A stretch of DNA of 64,000 bases from Minisyncoccia bacterium (GCA_044229075.1 JBGATS010000001.1:275-64274), one strand, 5' to 3'. Counted from the first letter of the stretch, positions 9,913 to 20,305 are shown. Made by a program: numbers and translations. The notes: a model not told the origin generated them from the sequence alone.

Positions 9913-11757
9913 CTACTGCAAAAGTATCTTCTGCGTAAAAATTCCGTCTTCGTTTTTAATGGTTAAAAAATAAATACCTTTCATATTCCCAGAAATATCT
10001 ATCTGATTCATTAAAGAATTTTGATAGATAATTTTTCCGGAAACATCAGTGACTGTAATTACTCCATTTTTTACGCCATCAATGGTAATAAAACCGTTTG
10101 ATGGGTTAGGGAAAACGGAAACACCCTCTAATCCTGTGGAGTTATTACGTACACCCGTAACAGTAATATTACGCGTATAATCACGAGCATAATTCGATGA
10201 CCCGTAATTATTCGTAATATTTGCAATCACTCGGTAATTTCCATTTGGGAAATTTGGGAGCGACACCTGTGTTTCATACAACTCAAACCCTACAGAAATG
10301 AGCGTGTCATACACAGACATTCCGGTTTGCATATTGATTACACGAACCTGAATCGTTGGTGCAGAACATCCACCGTGACCAGCTAATTGCATAACCGGTA
10401 TCGATGAAACCTGCATTCCGTCCCCTGGGAACGAAAATGCCACCGTAGGTGTGGTTCCTGTAACCGTCTGAATTGCCAACATAGATGATTTCCTTACGGA
10501 ATCATCCTTTGAAATACCTACCATAGAAATATAGTATGTATTCCCAGTGCTGGGAATTGACAGGTCTAGTGTTCCAGACTGATAATTTGCCATAATCATC
10601 AATCGTGACCATAACGTATCAGTTATAGTGTTCACCGTGTTTCCGCCCAGGATATACACCCGGGAAGTATCACCCGATACTGGGATTACGGAAACCCCAC
10701 CAATAGTCACCCGACCACAATTCGCAACCGGCGAGCTGCCAACCCACGAAATTGCAGGCGGAGCCGTTTTTGGCTTACGATTAGTTCTGAATACAAATCG
10801 AACAGAATCGCGGCCAACACTGTTATACGCAACAATTTCTGCTGTGTACTGCGTGTTCTGAACGAGATTCGTATGACGAAAATAATTCATCAGATTTGCG
10901 TTTACCGACTGTGTTGGCACCGTTGTAATCAATGTTGTTCCAGCAGAATCGAGTAGTCGGATAAAAACCCAATTACTATCCGTATTACCCTTGGTAACAC
11001 GCGTAATAATTTGAACCGTATCAACACCAACATTAATTGTTGGTGTATTCACCGTTGGTTTTGTGCCGCTTAATGGCGTTCCGTAATAGAATGAAGACAC
11101 TGTTGCGGGCATACCATTGGCTGGTAATAACCGAACCTGAATTTTGTGTGAAACAGTACTCAGGTTTGAAATTACCAGTGTATCAGTAAAACTACTAAAC
11201 ACACCGGATAACACATCAGTTTCAGATTGATATACCCAACCATTTCCTGTATAGGAAACCTGGTTAGCATACGCAACAAGATTTGATGTTGAGCCATTTG
11301 TGTTTCCTACAACAATTAATCGTAGCCCGCCAACAACCGGCTGAACAGTTACCGAAGTAATCGTACCTGATGCAGGCGTTGCGGTTGTGGTGAAATAATA
11401 TCCAGCTGCCGTAGTCTGGATTAAACTACTATCACCATATGATTTGTACAATTTGAATTCATAATAATACGTAGTAGACGGATTTAATGAATCCAAGGTA
11501 AACATCACGGGCACAGGATTAGTAAATCCAGTACCGATAACAACGATTGAATCATCTGGCACAAAATTCATGCTGGATGTTTTTTTCATCACTACAATTT
11601 TGTAATGAGCGCCAACTGCTCCGTAGAAATGGGCTAACACCTGTGCGGTACGGTCAGAAACCTGACCAGCACCGGTTGGGTTGGCGATGATGCTTTGAGC
11701 AAAACTGGTAACCACACTTCCAAGTGTAATTACCAAAAACAGTAACATTTTTTTCAT
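9913..11757 (-). CDS. Secreted FN3-like repeat protein with T9SS type A C-terminal sorting domain
   Basis: Signal peptide; LNPSTTYYY and LVQNTQY FN3-like motifs; C-terminus VFPNPSNG..ITVTDVSGKII..IDIS..KGIYFLTI..TQKILLQ. Confidence 0.85.
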   Translation of the reverse strand: MKKMLLFLVITLGSVVTSFAQSIIANPTGAGQVSDRTAQVLAHFYGAVGAHYKIVVMKKTSSMNFVPDDSIVVIGTGFTNPVPVMFTLDSLNPSTTYYYEFKLYKSYGDSSLIQTTAAGYYFTTTATPASGTITSVTVQPVVGGLRLIVVGNTNGSTSNLVAYANQVSYTGNGWVYQSETDVLSGVFSSFTDTLVISNLSTVSHKIQVRLLPANGMPATVSSFYYGTPLSGTKPTVNTPTINVGVDTVQIITRVTKGNTDSNWVFIRLLDSAGTTLITTVPTQSVNANLMNYFRHTNLVQNTQYTAEIVAYNSVGRDSVRFVFRTNRKPKTAPPAISWVGSSPVANCGRVTIGGVSVIPVSGDTSRVYILGGNTVNTITDTLWSRLMIMANYQSGTLDLSIPSTGNTYYISMVGISKDDSVRKSSMLAIQTVTGTTPTVAFSFPGDGMQVSSIPVMQLAGHGGCSAPTIQVRVINMQTGMSVYDTLISVGFELYETQVSLPNFPNGNYRVIANITNNYGSSNYARDYTRNITVTGVRNNSTGLEGVSVFPNPSNGFITIDGVKNGVITVTDVSGKIIYQNSLMNQIDISGNMKGIYFLTIKNEDGIFTQKILLQ

Positions 11758-11858
11758 TATTTTTAATTTTATTTAGTTTACAATATTTTTAACAGTCTAG
11801 CATAATTATTCATATATGTCAAATATTTTTGATTGTAAAGCGTGGTATACTACAAATT

Positions 11859-12893
11859 ATGAAAAATACGTTATTACATAAGACTTATTTAATACTGATG
11901 ATTGCTGGGCTATCTATTGCAACACTCGTCATTGGGAAATCAATTCTAATCCCGTTGGCATTGGGGTTATTTCTTGCCTTGTCACTATCTCCATTAGTGG
12001 AAAAACTCTCCACCTGGAAAATACCAAAAGTCCCTTCGATCATTGTAGCTTTTCTGTGTACATTTATTATTATTGGCAGTATTGTTACTACGATTGGATT
12101 TGCAATTGGAGATTTTGCAGAAAAACTTCCTAACTATCAACAATCTATTCAAGTCAACGTCGCGGCAACAAAAAAAATTATCTTTGAAAAGCTTCCCTTG
12201 ATTGATCAAACGTTTATTGATTCAAATTTCTCATCAGATCAACTATCATCACTAGGTGTGGGTGCAGCAAAAAACATTGTATCTGCAACTACCAATATTG
12301 GGGCAACACTTGGGTTAACGTTGGTAATTACTTTTCTCTTATTACTCTACCGTAATCGCATGCGGAAATTTTCTCGAATGATCACCGATGAAGCAATGGG
12401 TGACCATGTCAGTGTTATTGTTCGTAAGTCCTTCTCGGTAATTCCTCGCTATCTTGGGGGGATGATGGTCGTAATTGTGATCATGACAATCTTGAATACG
12501 TTTGGATTTATGATTATTGGGACACCCAGTCCACTCTTCTGGGGGATGATGGTATCAATCTTGAATGTTGTCCCCTACGTTGGCCCTGCAATTGGGTTTG
12601 GGGCTGCTGCATTGTTCTCGTTATTAGTAGCAGGTCCTACTACCGCACTCTTGGCTATGGGAATGTTCCTTGTAATCCAGTTCATTGATAATAATTTGTT
12701 GACTCCACTGATTGCTGGAAGTCAGATTAATATCAATCCGTTAGCTGCCATCATTTCATTGGTTGTCTGGGGAATGATCTGGGGAATTGTTGGGATGATT
12801 TTGGCACTTCCCCTCTTGGGTCTCATGAAAATTATTTGCGATGAAATACCAGAACTTCGGCCGATCGGCTATTTGATTGGCGATAAAGAATAG
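11859..12893 (+). CDS. AI-2E family transporter
   Basis: Multi-TM; LNVVPYVGP, QFIDNNLLTPLI, INPL, GIVGMILALP. Confidence 0.92.
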   Translation: MKNTLLHKTYLILMIAGLSIATLVIGKSILIPLALGLFLALSLSPLVEKLSTWKIPKVPSIIVAFLCTFIIIGSIVTTIGFAIGDFAEKLPNYQQSIQVNVAATKKIIFEKLPLIDQTFIDSNFSSDQLSSLGVGAAKNIVSATTNIGATLGLTLVITFLLLLYRNRMRKFSRMITDEAMGDHVSVIVRKSFSVIPRYLGGMMVVIVIMTILNTFGFMIIGTPSPLFWGMMVSILNVVPYVGPAIGFGAAALFSLLVAGPTTALLAMGMFLVIQFIDNNLLTPLIAGSQININPLAAIISLVVWGMIWGIVGMILALPLLGLMKIICDEIPELRPIGYLIGDKE

Positions 12894-12961
12894 GGTATAC
12901 TATTTCTAATCGAATCACCTCTGGTACGATTATCATCATTATTTGTTAATTTTAAATTATT

Positions 12962-13645
12962 ATGTCTACACATCAAACATTTTTTGAAAAATACGCAACA
13001 CCTCTGTCTATTATTGTTGCGGGTGCATTGGTTGGGGTTGGAATCTGGCTCGGAAAAACTGGGCCAAACCAAAAGCCAAATCCTCAAAACCAAAACACAG
13101 AATCAGCGATTGACTTGAAAAAAGTTGTAAAAGGGGTTAACCAAAAATCTCTCGAGTCATGTATCGCAAATCAAGAAACAAAAGCAAAAGTTGAACGTGA
13201 TATCAAACTCGCAGCAGAAGCAAATATGCAAGGAACTCCTCATATGGTAGTTCTGGTAAAACAGGGTGATAAGACTGTTCAAGCAGTGCTTCCTGGTGCT
13301 CAACCAAAAGAAACTATCGAACAAGTCATTGCAACTATTGCTGACTATGCGGATACTACAGTACCTGCACAAGTAATCACCCCAGAAGACTATGTTCAGG
13401 GTGATCCTGCTACTGCGCCAGCAACTATTGTAGAATATTCTGATATTGACTGCCCGTTCTGTAAACGACTCCATCCTACCCTCCAAGCATTAGTTGATGA
13501 AGGAAAAATTGCGTGGGTATATCGTCATTCACCAATTCCACAACTTCATCCGGATGCCTATACCAAGGCAATCACTGCGGAGTGTGTAGGGAAATTGGGT
13601 GGTGTAGATGCATTTTGGAAATATCTGGAAGCAACAACAAAATAA
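12962..13645 (+). CDS. DsbA-family thioredoxin-fold protein (apparently circularly permuted)
   Basis: TM anchor; EYSDIDCPFC and WVYRH..LHP motifs; GTP cis-Pro loop lies N-terminal to CxxC. Confidence 0.85.
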   Translation: MSTHQTFFEKYATPLSIIVAGALVGVGIWLGKTGPNQKPNPQNQNTESAIDLKKVVKGVNQKSLESCIANQETKAKVERDIKLAAEANMQGTPHMVVLVKQGDKTVQAVLPGAQPKETIEQVIATIADYADTTVPAQVITPEDYVQGDPATAPATIVEYSDIDCPFCKRLHPTLQALVDEGKIAWVYRHSPIPQLHPDAYTKAITAECVGKLGGVDAFWKYLEATTK

Positions 13646-13868
13646 AAAATTTATTCAAAATAACCTTAATATCACTAAGGTTATTTTTTATCGAGAAAAT
13701 GATTCTATAACAAAAAAACCGCGATCACCATATCAGAACTATGTGCACCACTGTGTGATGAAAATAGTTCTGATATGATAACCCGGTCTCCGACATCCAT
13801 AACTACAGGACAGGATCGGAAAGAACCTCGCGGTCTTACCGGATACAGTAGCACACTCATCGCTGGTG

Positions 13869-16406
13869 TCACTCTTTCGCAACAAGTTTTTCTATGGTGT
13901 TTCGTATATCCCGTAATTGAGATGCTACACCGATATTCGGACGGCGTGATTGGTGATCTTCCAATTTTTGTAAATCACGAACAATCTGCTCTACCTCATC
14001 ATGTACCCGATACCTGCGGTTGGCAGGTACCCATTCGGTGATGTGATGTTTACGCATGAGTTCAATAATCATTTCTTTTACCTCTGCAATTTTTACACGG
14101 ATTCCTGTTTCTGGATCACGGAGCTGTTCCTGCTCCAAGAGACGCAAGTAATCAACCAATACTTCCAATTCCCGTGCAGGGAGCGCGTGATCAATCGGTA
14201 ATTCAGCTGTTCCTGCAGGCATTACGGAAAAGTCATGTACCCATTCCTGCCAATCATTTGCGGTTTCTGTGGGTTGTGATTGATTCTGTAACAAATCTGC
14301 CAATGGGGGTACCTGACTGTGTTTTTCTACTACAGAGACAGGTTGTGGCTCTGGTGCAGGTGGAGGTAGTGGTCGCTCTTTTCGTTCTGGAATAGGGATC
14401 GTCTTGATACCTTGCGGTTGATCTTGTATTGGTGATACTGTGGGTGGTACTGAGTTTCCTATAGCAGATTGTGTCTGTATTTCTTGAATTTGTTTTGGGA
14501 TTGATTGGATGAGCTCTTCCAAATGATGCACCTCGTCATTGGTTGCATATCGAGAAAGATCAGGGACAGGTTGTGGTGGTACCGAAACAGAAATAACCGG
14601 CGGTGCAGCGTTGTAGTAATTCTGTGTTGATGGTGCCTGAACAGTATCCTGAACTGTGTTAAAAGATTCTGGCGCTACTGTGAATACACCCTGTGCCCAT
14701 CCCTCGGGAAGATCTTCTGCCATATCGACGGTGCCTTGGACTTCCTCGATACTGGTAATTCCTGACAAGATTTTCGCAACCCCATCTTCTACCATGGTGA
14801 ATATTCCTTGCCGTTGTGCAGCATGTTTGATCTGACGTTCGGTGGGATTATTGGCGATAATTTCTGCCAGATGATCATCCACCAGGATCGCCTCGAAGAG
14901 CCCCACACGCCCCTTGTATCCAATATGGTCACAGGCATCACATCCGACAGACTCATACACAGTCAGTGGTCCAGTGCTCGTAATATCCATATAGGAATAA
15001 TCTTTTCCGGTGAGTTCGGCATTTTTAATAATTGCACGAAAGAGCCGGTCTTCTGTTTCTGAGAGAATGTGTATCTGCTTACAGTCATTACACAATCGTC
15101 GCACCATTCGTTGTGCCATGGTGACCGTCAACGCATCCGGGAGGATTTTCGGATTCACCCCAAGTTCTGTCAAACGTGGAATTGCCCCTGCAGCATTGTT
15201 GGTGTGGAGTGTCGATAATACCAAGTGACCCGTCAGCGATGCATTGATAGCAGTACTCGCGGTTTCCTTGTCACGAATTTCTCCGACCATGATCACGTCG
15301 GGATCCTGACGCAGTGCCGCGCGGAGTCCCGAACTAAAATCGTACCCCTTTTCATGATCTACCTGTGTCTGGGTAATTCCTGGCAAGTGGTATTCGATAG
15401 GGTCCTCGATCGTAAGGATTTTAATTTCTGGGGTATATACTTTTTTCAAGATAGAATACAGGGTGGTCGTCTTTCCCGATCCTGTTGGACCGGTGGTGAT
15501 AATCATCCCGTTGGGTTTTTCGATTTCTTTTTGGAGTACCTCGAGAAATTTCACCGGGAATCCAAGTTTTTCAAAATCTACCGTGAGTCCCTCTGGATTC
15601 AAAATACGCATCACGATTGATTCACCATAGGGTCCCGGGATGAGTGAGGTACGAATCTCGATCTCGGTACCTTTGTATACAATCGTAAAACGACCGTCCT
15701 GCGCAGTTTCGGTACTCGTTAATTTCATCTCTGAAAGTAGTTTGATACGTGAATTGATATTCTTGTAAATATCAAGCGGAAATTCTACAATATCCTGTAA
15801 CACTCCATCCTGTCGGAATCGCAACCGTGCAAATTCCTCTGCTGCCTCGATATGCACGTCGGAAGATTTTGTACCGATCGCAGTACCGAAAATAATCTCC
15901 ATGAGTTTCGAAATTTTGTGATTTTCACCAGAATGCACCATCGTGAGGAATGCTTCACGAATATCGCTATTACTATGAACCATGGCCGCAAGTCGTTGGA
16001 GTTCTTCATCAGAGATATCCAATAATCCAGCTCGCGCGCGTAATGCCCCACTGACATCTGCATAGCGTGCCCATGCTTTTTCCAAACTTCGTTTTGAAAC
16101 GAGAAACAACTGTATCACAAACCCTTTTGTTTCCAATAAGTCGATTTGTTCAATAGTTTCCGGTGCTGTTGGGGATAGAACTGCTACATTAATTTTTTTT
16201 CCTACCATCGCAAAAACTGCCATTTGGGCATTACGAGAAACTTCCTCGGTGAGCAAGAGAAGTGCATCAGCATTGATACCAATTCCTGATAGGTCAACAT
16301 AACCAATACCGTAATCATCAGAGAGCGCCTTTACTGCAGATTCCTCTTGTCGGGCATGAATCTCTGCAAGTTTCTTATTTTGTTCTTCATCATGAAAGAC
16401 AGTCAT
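13869..16406 (-). CDS. GspE/PilB-family type IV pilus assembly ATPase with long C-terminal extension
   Basis: SSDVHIE, AQDGRF, Walker A GPTGSGKTT, TIEDPIEY, LRQDPDVIMVGEIRD, TGHLVLSTLH, CxxC pairs. Confidence 0.93.
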   Translation of the reverse strand: MTVFHDEEQNKKLAEIHARQEESAVKALSDDYGIGYVDLSGIGINADALLLLTEEVSRNAQMAVFAMVGKKINVAVLSPTAPETIEQIDLLETKGFVIQLFLVSKRSLEKAWARYADVSGALRARAGLLDISDEELQRLAAMVHSNSDIREAFLTMVHSGENHKISKLMEIIFGTAIGTKSSDVHIEAAEEFARLRFRQDGVLQDIVEFPLDIYKNINSRIKLLSEMKLTSTETAQDGRFTIVYKGTEIEIRTSLIPGPYGESIVMRILNPEGLTVDFEKLGFPVKFLEVLQKEIEKPNGMIITTGPTGSGKTTTLYSILKKVYTPEIKILTIEDPIEYHLPGITQTQVDHEKGYDFSSGLRAALRQDPDVIMVGEIRDKETASTAINASLTGHLVLSTLHTNNAAGAIPRLTELGVNPKILPDALTVTMAQRMVRRLCNDCKQIHILSETEDRLFRAIIKNAELTGKDYSYMDITSTGPLTVYESVGCDACDHIGYKGRVGLFEAILVDDHLAEIIANNPTERQIKHAAQRQGIFTMVEDGVAKILSGITSIEEVQGTVDMAEDLPEGWAQGVFTVAPESFNTVQDTVQAPSTQNYYNAAPPVISVSVPPQPVPDLSRYATNDEVHHLEELIQSIPKQIQEIQTQSAIGNSVPPTVSPIQDQPQGIKTIPIPERKERPLPPPAPEPQPVSVVEKHSQVPPLADLLQNQSQPTETANDWQEWVHDFSVMPAGTAELPIDHALPARELEVLVDYLRLLEQEQLRDPETGIRVKIAEVKEMIIELMRKHHITEWVPANRRYRVHDEVEQIVRDLQKLEDHQSRRPNIGVASQLRDIRNTIEKLVAKE

Positions 16407-16592
16407 GCTGCCTCTAGTATAGCACGAAAAAATATTTGTTGTTATATTTTTATACTAAAAATCCCGTCACATCCTTCAAAAAATTTTAATGAGTATTACA
16501 ATGATACACTCTCAGTATTACAACGATGCCAGAAACTTTTGCGAAATAAAATTTTTTGAAGGATTAAACAAAAAAATAGTTTGCCATTCTGG

Positions 16593-16630
16593 AATTGAAA
16601 AATCCTTCCCGAAGGAAGGATTTTTCAATT
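16593..16630. terminator. Strong hairpin terminator
   Basis: aattgaaaaatccttcc-cgaa-ggaaggatttttcaatt, 17-bp perfect stem. Confidence 0.75.
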
Positions 16631-16873
16631 CTGTGATTGAGCTCTCCGCCAGCTGGCGGATGGCAAGTCAATCTCATTCAAACACAGAAATCTCAAAGAC
16701 ATCTTTTCCACCCACAGGGGAGCAGAAATTGAGGAAAGGAGCAAGGAGGAACCCAGACATCATCTGTACTCAGCAGAAGCACCAGATAGTCCTACCCGCA
16801 AACCCCAGGAAGACCGCGAGATCCCGATCCCTTTGAGATTTCTATGTTCAAAAACAATTTCGTAACTTATTCA

Positions 16874-16902
16874 AGTATATCATATTTATATTTTTCTGTC
16901 AA
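16874..16902 (-). promoter_or_regulatory. Sigma70-type promoter with no obvious downstream CDS
   Basis: TTGACA-17 nt-TATACT, with TG extension, on the minus strand. Confidence 0.65.
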
Positions 16903-17281
16903 GCGTTTTGTGCCTTGTTCGAAAAAATATAAAAAGCAACACGAATTCATAAGATATCATCTTTCGATAACTCTGACAATATACACCAACCAAAAAATAA
17001 CACAAGTGCGATTTTGTCCAGTTTTCACCAAGTTATCCACATGGTTTTTCCACATGTCAAATGTATGAAAATACGTTTATTTATAAAGGTATTTTGGTAA
17101 TTCAGGGGGGGCGCCTGCGGCGCCCCCCCTTTTTTTTTCATTTTTGAATTTTCCAAATCACCTGTTTTATACAATAACTATTTTCTATGATGAGCACAAT
17201 ACTAGTTATTGAGACTCTTTTTTAAAACTCTTTTTATAAACCATACCCAAAAACTTCATTCCTGTGGTATACTCGACCTAT

Positions 17282-18268
17282 ATGATACGTGATGGAAAAA
17301 TTGAACGATCGCTGGATGCAAATTTACGCCCGCATTCATGGGCAGAATATATTGGCCAGGAATCGATTAAAAAGAATCTCGATATTTTGATCCGTGCTGC
17401 AGAAAACCGTGCGCAAGTTGCGGAACATATCCTGTTCTATGGCCCACCAGGGTTAGGGAAAACAACCCTCGCCCATCTGATCGCAAAAGAAACAGGTCGC
17501 GCGATGAAAATCACCAGTGGTCCCGCCATTGAAAAGGTGGGCGACCTGGCGAGCATTCTGACCAACGTTCAACCAGGCGATATTGTGTTCATCGATGAAA
17601 TTCATCGCTTGAATAAAATGATTGAGGAAATCCTCTACCCTGCTATGGAATCCGGTGTTCTGGATATTATTATCGGAAAAGGACCGAGCGCACGAACCCT
17701 GCAATTAGAACTTCCACCATTCACCCTGATTGCAGCAACAACACGTCCCAGCCTGATGTCGTCACCGTTGCGATCGCGATTTTCAGGAGGAAGTTTCAAA
17801 ATGGAATTCTATACTGATCCAGAAATGGCACGCATTATTAAACAATCCGCAGAAAAATTGGGTGTTACCATTACCGATGATGCCCTCCATAATATTGCAA
17901 CCCGATGCCGCAAAACACCCCGAACCGCCAACCATTATCTGAAACGTATTCGTGATTATGCAGAGGTACATAACATCACCACTATCGACAGTCATGTTGT
18001 TGATCAGGCGCTCGACCTGATGGGAATCGATACGGTCGGACTGACACCATCTGATCGGTTGTTACTGATTACCCTGATCGAAAAATTCGACGGTGGACCG
18101 GTGGGAGTCAAGACGCTCGCTGCAGCAACAGGCGAGGAAGAAGATACGATCGAGGAAGTGATCGAACCATATCTGATCCAGACAGGATTACTCGAAAAAA
18201 CACCACGTGGACGCATGGCGACTGAAAAAGCATACACACATTTAGGGTTTGAATATGTGAAGGAATAA
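17282..18268 (+). CDS. ruvB: Holliday junction helicase RuvB
   Basis: LRP..EYIGQ, GPPGLGKTT, FIDEIHRL, PPFTLIAATTR, TPRGR. Confidence 0.98.
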   Translation: MIRDGKIERSLDANLRPHSWAEYIGQESIKKNLDILIRAAENRAQVAEHILFYGPPGLGKTTLAHLIAKETGRAMKITSGPAIEKVGDLASILTNVQPGDIVFIDEIHRLNKMIEEILYPAMESGVLDIIIGKGPSARTLQLELPPFTLIAATTRPSLMSSPLRSRFSGGSFKMEFYTDPEMARIIKQSAEKLGVTITDDALHNIATRCRKTPRTANHYLKRIRDYAEVHNITTIDSHVVDQALDLMGIDTVGLTPSDRLLLITLIEKFDGGPVGVKTLAAATGEEEDTIEEVIEPYLIQTGLLEKTPRGRMATEKAYTHLGFEYVKE

Positions 18269-18338
18269 AAAAGATAATTTGTATAAAAAAATTTCCCCAA
18301 TCAATTTGATTGGGGAATTATTTAGTTTTTGAATTAAA

Positions 18339-19166
18339 TTATAATTTTTCCCATCTCTCTTTTTTCTGGTCTAATTTTTTAACTTGAATGTTAAAATTTA
18401 AAGAGCCTGGGTTGAGAGCATTTACTGCGTCAGTATATTCTTTCCATGCAACATCTTTTTCATCCTTTCTTTGTCTCTCCTCCTCTTCTGTTTTCATCCT
18501 TAAGATCTCTCTTTTTTCAAAACCAGCTAGGTCTAATTTTTGAATAATTGAATTAGAGTCTAATTCTGATAAAAAAACAATTTCATTAGAAATGAGGTCC
18601 AGTTTTAAACCTCTATCAATTCTGGTCCAGATCTCAATAGTTCCGTAGAACACTTTGTTTTTAGAATCAAAACTTGCCTTTAGTTCTGCATTAATTTTAT
18701 TATAGAATGAATCTTTATTAGAAATATTCATTTGCTTTGCATAAAAATCTGTGAATTGTTGATTATCTCTAATAATCCAATTATACGTTTTGATGCCTGT
18801 ACTGTCGATAGAAAACTTTAGTTCTGAAGTTTCACTTATAAAATCAATTATTTTTTTATTTGATTCATACTTAAAATTAAAATCTTCACCGTCATCTTTA
18901 ATCCAATGCAAAATTGAAAAGTGGGAAAAAAATTTTAGCTTTTTTTGTTCCTTTTTAATTGATTCGGCTTGTTCATGGAATTTTTTAATACATTTAAATT
19001 TTTCATCACCTTCTAATTTACTAATATAACTTTTTTCAAGGATATAAAAATATCTTTGATAATGAATATCAGATAAAGCCAAATAATAAAAGGTCATGCA
19101 GAAAGAGTAAGTACCTACTACAATAATAGAAGTAAGCAGAATTCCGAGAAAATTAATTTTTTTCAT
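18339..19166 (-). CDS. AT-rich hypothetical membrane-anchored protein
   Basis: N-terminal TM, Lys/Glu-rich; own TTGACA promoter near 19260-19284; start uncertain. Confidence 0.6.
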   Translation of the reverse strand: MKKINFLGILLTSIIVVGTYSFCMTFYYLALSDIHYQRYFYILEKSYISKLEGDEKFKCIKKFHEQAESIKKEQKKLKFFSHFSILHWIKDDGEDFNFKYESNKKIIDFISETSELKFSIDSTGIKTYNWIIRDNQQFTDFYAKQMNISNKDSFYNKINAELKASFDSKNKVFYGTIEIWTRIDRGLKLDLISNEIVFLSELDSNSIIQKLDLAGFEKREILRMKTEEEERQRKDEKDVAWKEYTDAVNALNPGSLNFNIQVKKLDQKKERWEKL

Positions 19167-19352
19167 GATTATAATTGTTTTAGTTACCAAAATCTCCATT
19201 TCTGATAGAACCTTTGGTAACCAAAACAATATTTGACAACGTACTTTCTTGATACTATTTTATCATATTTAGTATTTTTGTCAAGCGATTTTATACCTTA
19301 ATTTATAAAGACTTCTACAAAAAACCACCTTTTGGTGGATTTTTTGTAGGAA

Positions 19353-19952
19353 TTATTTTCCTCCTTTTCGACGAACACGAGCTTTCTTTTTCTCGTCTTC
19401 CTTTTTCAATGGGAATCCAAGATATTCAAAGAATGCGAGTGCTTCTGGTCGTGTTTTTGCCGTAGTTACTACGGTAATAGACATACCGAACACGTTTACG
19501 ATTTCCTCGTCACCTGTCTCTGGGAAAATGGTGTGTTCCTTGATTCCGATAGACATGTTGCCCAGTTCATTCGCAGACGATCGAGTAATTCCTCGGAAGT
19601 CTTTTGTTCGTGGGAGCGCAATGTGTACTAATTTATCAAGAAATTCGTACATACGCGCACCACGCAATGTTACCACCAATCCCACAGGATCACCTGCACG
19701 GATTTTGAATGATGCGATTGATTGTTTTGCCCCACGGATTGCTGGTTTTTGACCAGTAATTTTGAGCAAACGATCCGCAACAAAGGTGTTTTTATTACGA
19801 TCACGTTTCATCCCTGAACCAGTTCCTACTGATACGATTACCTTTTGGATGCGTGGTGCAGCCAGACGGTTCGTGTATCCAAACTGTTCTTTCAAGACTG
19901 TAAATGATGCTTCTTGTTTTTGTTTTATTGGTTGCATAATAGTCGTATTCAT
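19353..19952 (-). CDS. rplE: 50S ribosomal protein L5
   Basis: ITGQKP, ASFKIRAG, VTLRG..MYEFLDKL, LPRTKDFRG. Confidence 0.97.
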   Translation of the reverse strand: MNTTIMQPIKQKQEASFTVLKEQFGYTNRLAAPRIQKVIVSVGTGSGMKRDRNKNTFVADRLLKITGQKPAIRGAKQSIASFKIRAGDPVGLVVTLRGARMYEFLDKLVHIALPRTKDFRGITRSSANELGNMSIGIKEHTIFPETGDEEIVNVFGMSITVVTTAKTRPEALAFFEYLGFPLKKEDEKKKARVRRKGGK

Positions 19953-19985
19953 TTCTTATTACTCTGTATAAGAAATGATAATGTA

Positions 19986-20291
19986 TTAAGCAATATCTTT
20001 TCCACTTTTTCGTGCAACACGAACTTTCTTGTTCCCTTCTACACGAGTACCAACACGAGTTGGTTTTCCTGACGATGGATCAATCAGTGCAACACTTGAA
20101 ATATGGATAGGATAAGCTTTTTCGACCAACGTATGTTTTTCACCACGCATGCGAGCTTTTACCACATGTTTTTTGATGTTTACTCCTGCAACGATTACTT
20201 TTTGTTCGGTGCGAAGTACTTTTTCGATGGCACCTTTGGCACCCTTGTGTGATCCAGACAGGACCATCACGATATCTCCTTTTTTAATCAT
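19986..20291 (-). CDS. rplX: 50S ribosomal protein L24
   Basis: KKGD.V.V.SG..KG..G, GVN, PIHIS. Confidence 0.97.
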   Translation of the reverse strand: MIKKGDIVMVLSGSHKGAKGAIEKVLRTEQKVIVAGVNIKKHVVKARMRGEKHTLVEKAYPIHISSVALIDPSSGKPTRVGTRVEGNKKVRVARKSGKDIA

Positions 20292-20305
20292 ACGAGTTTT
20301 TTAAA

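Noticed and set aside
16410-17260. oriC
   Set aside because: Only two DnaA-like boxes, no dnaA/dnaN nearby, and gene orientation does not clearly diverge here.
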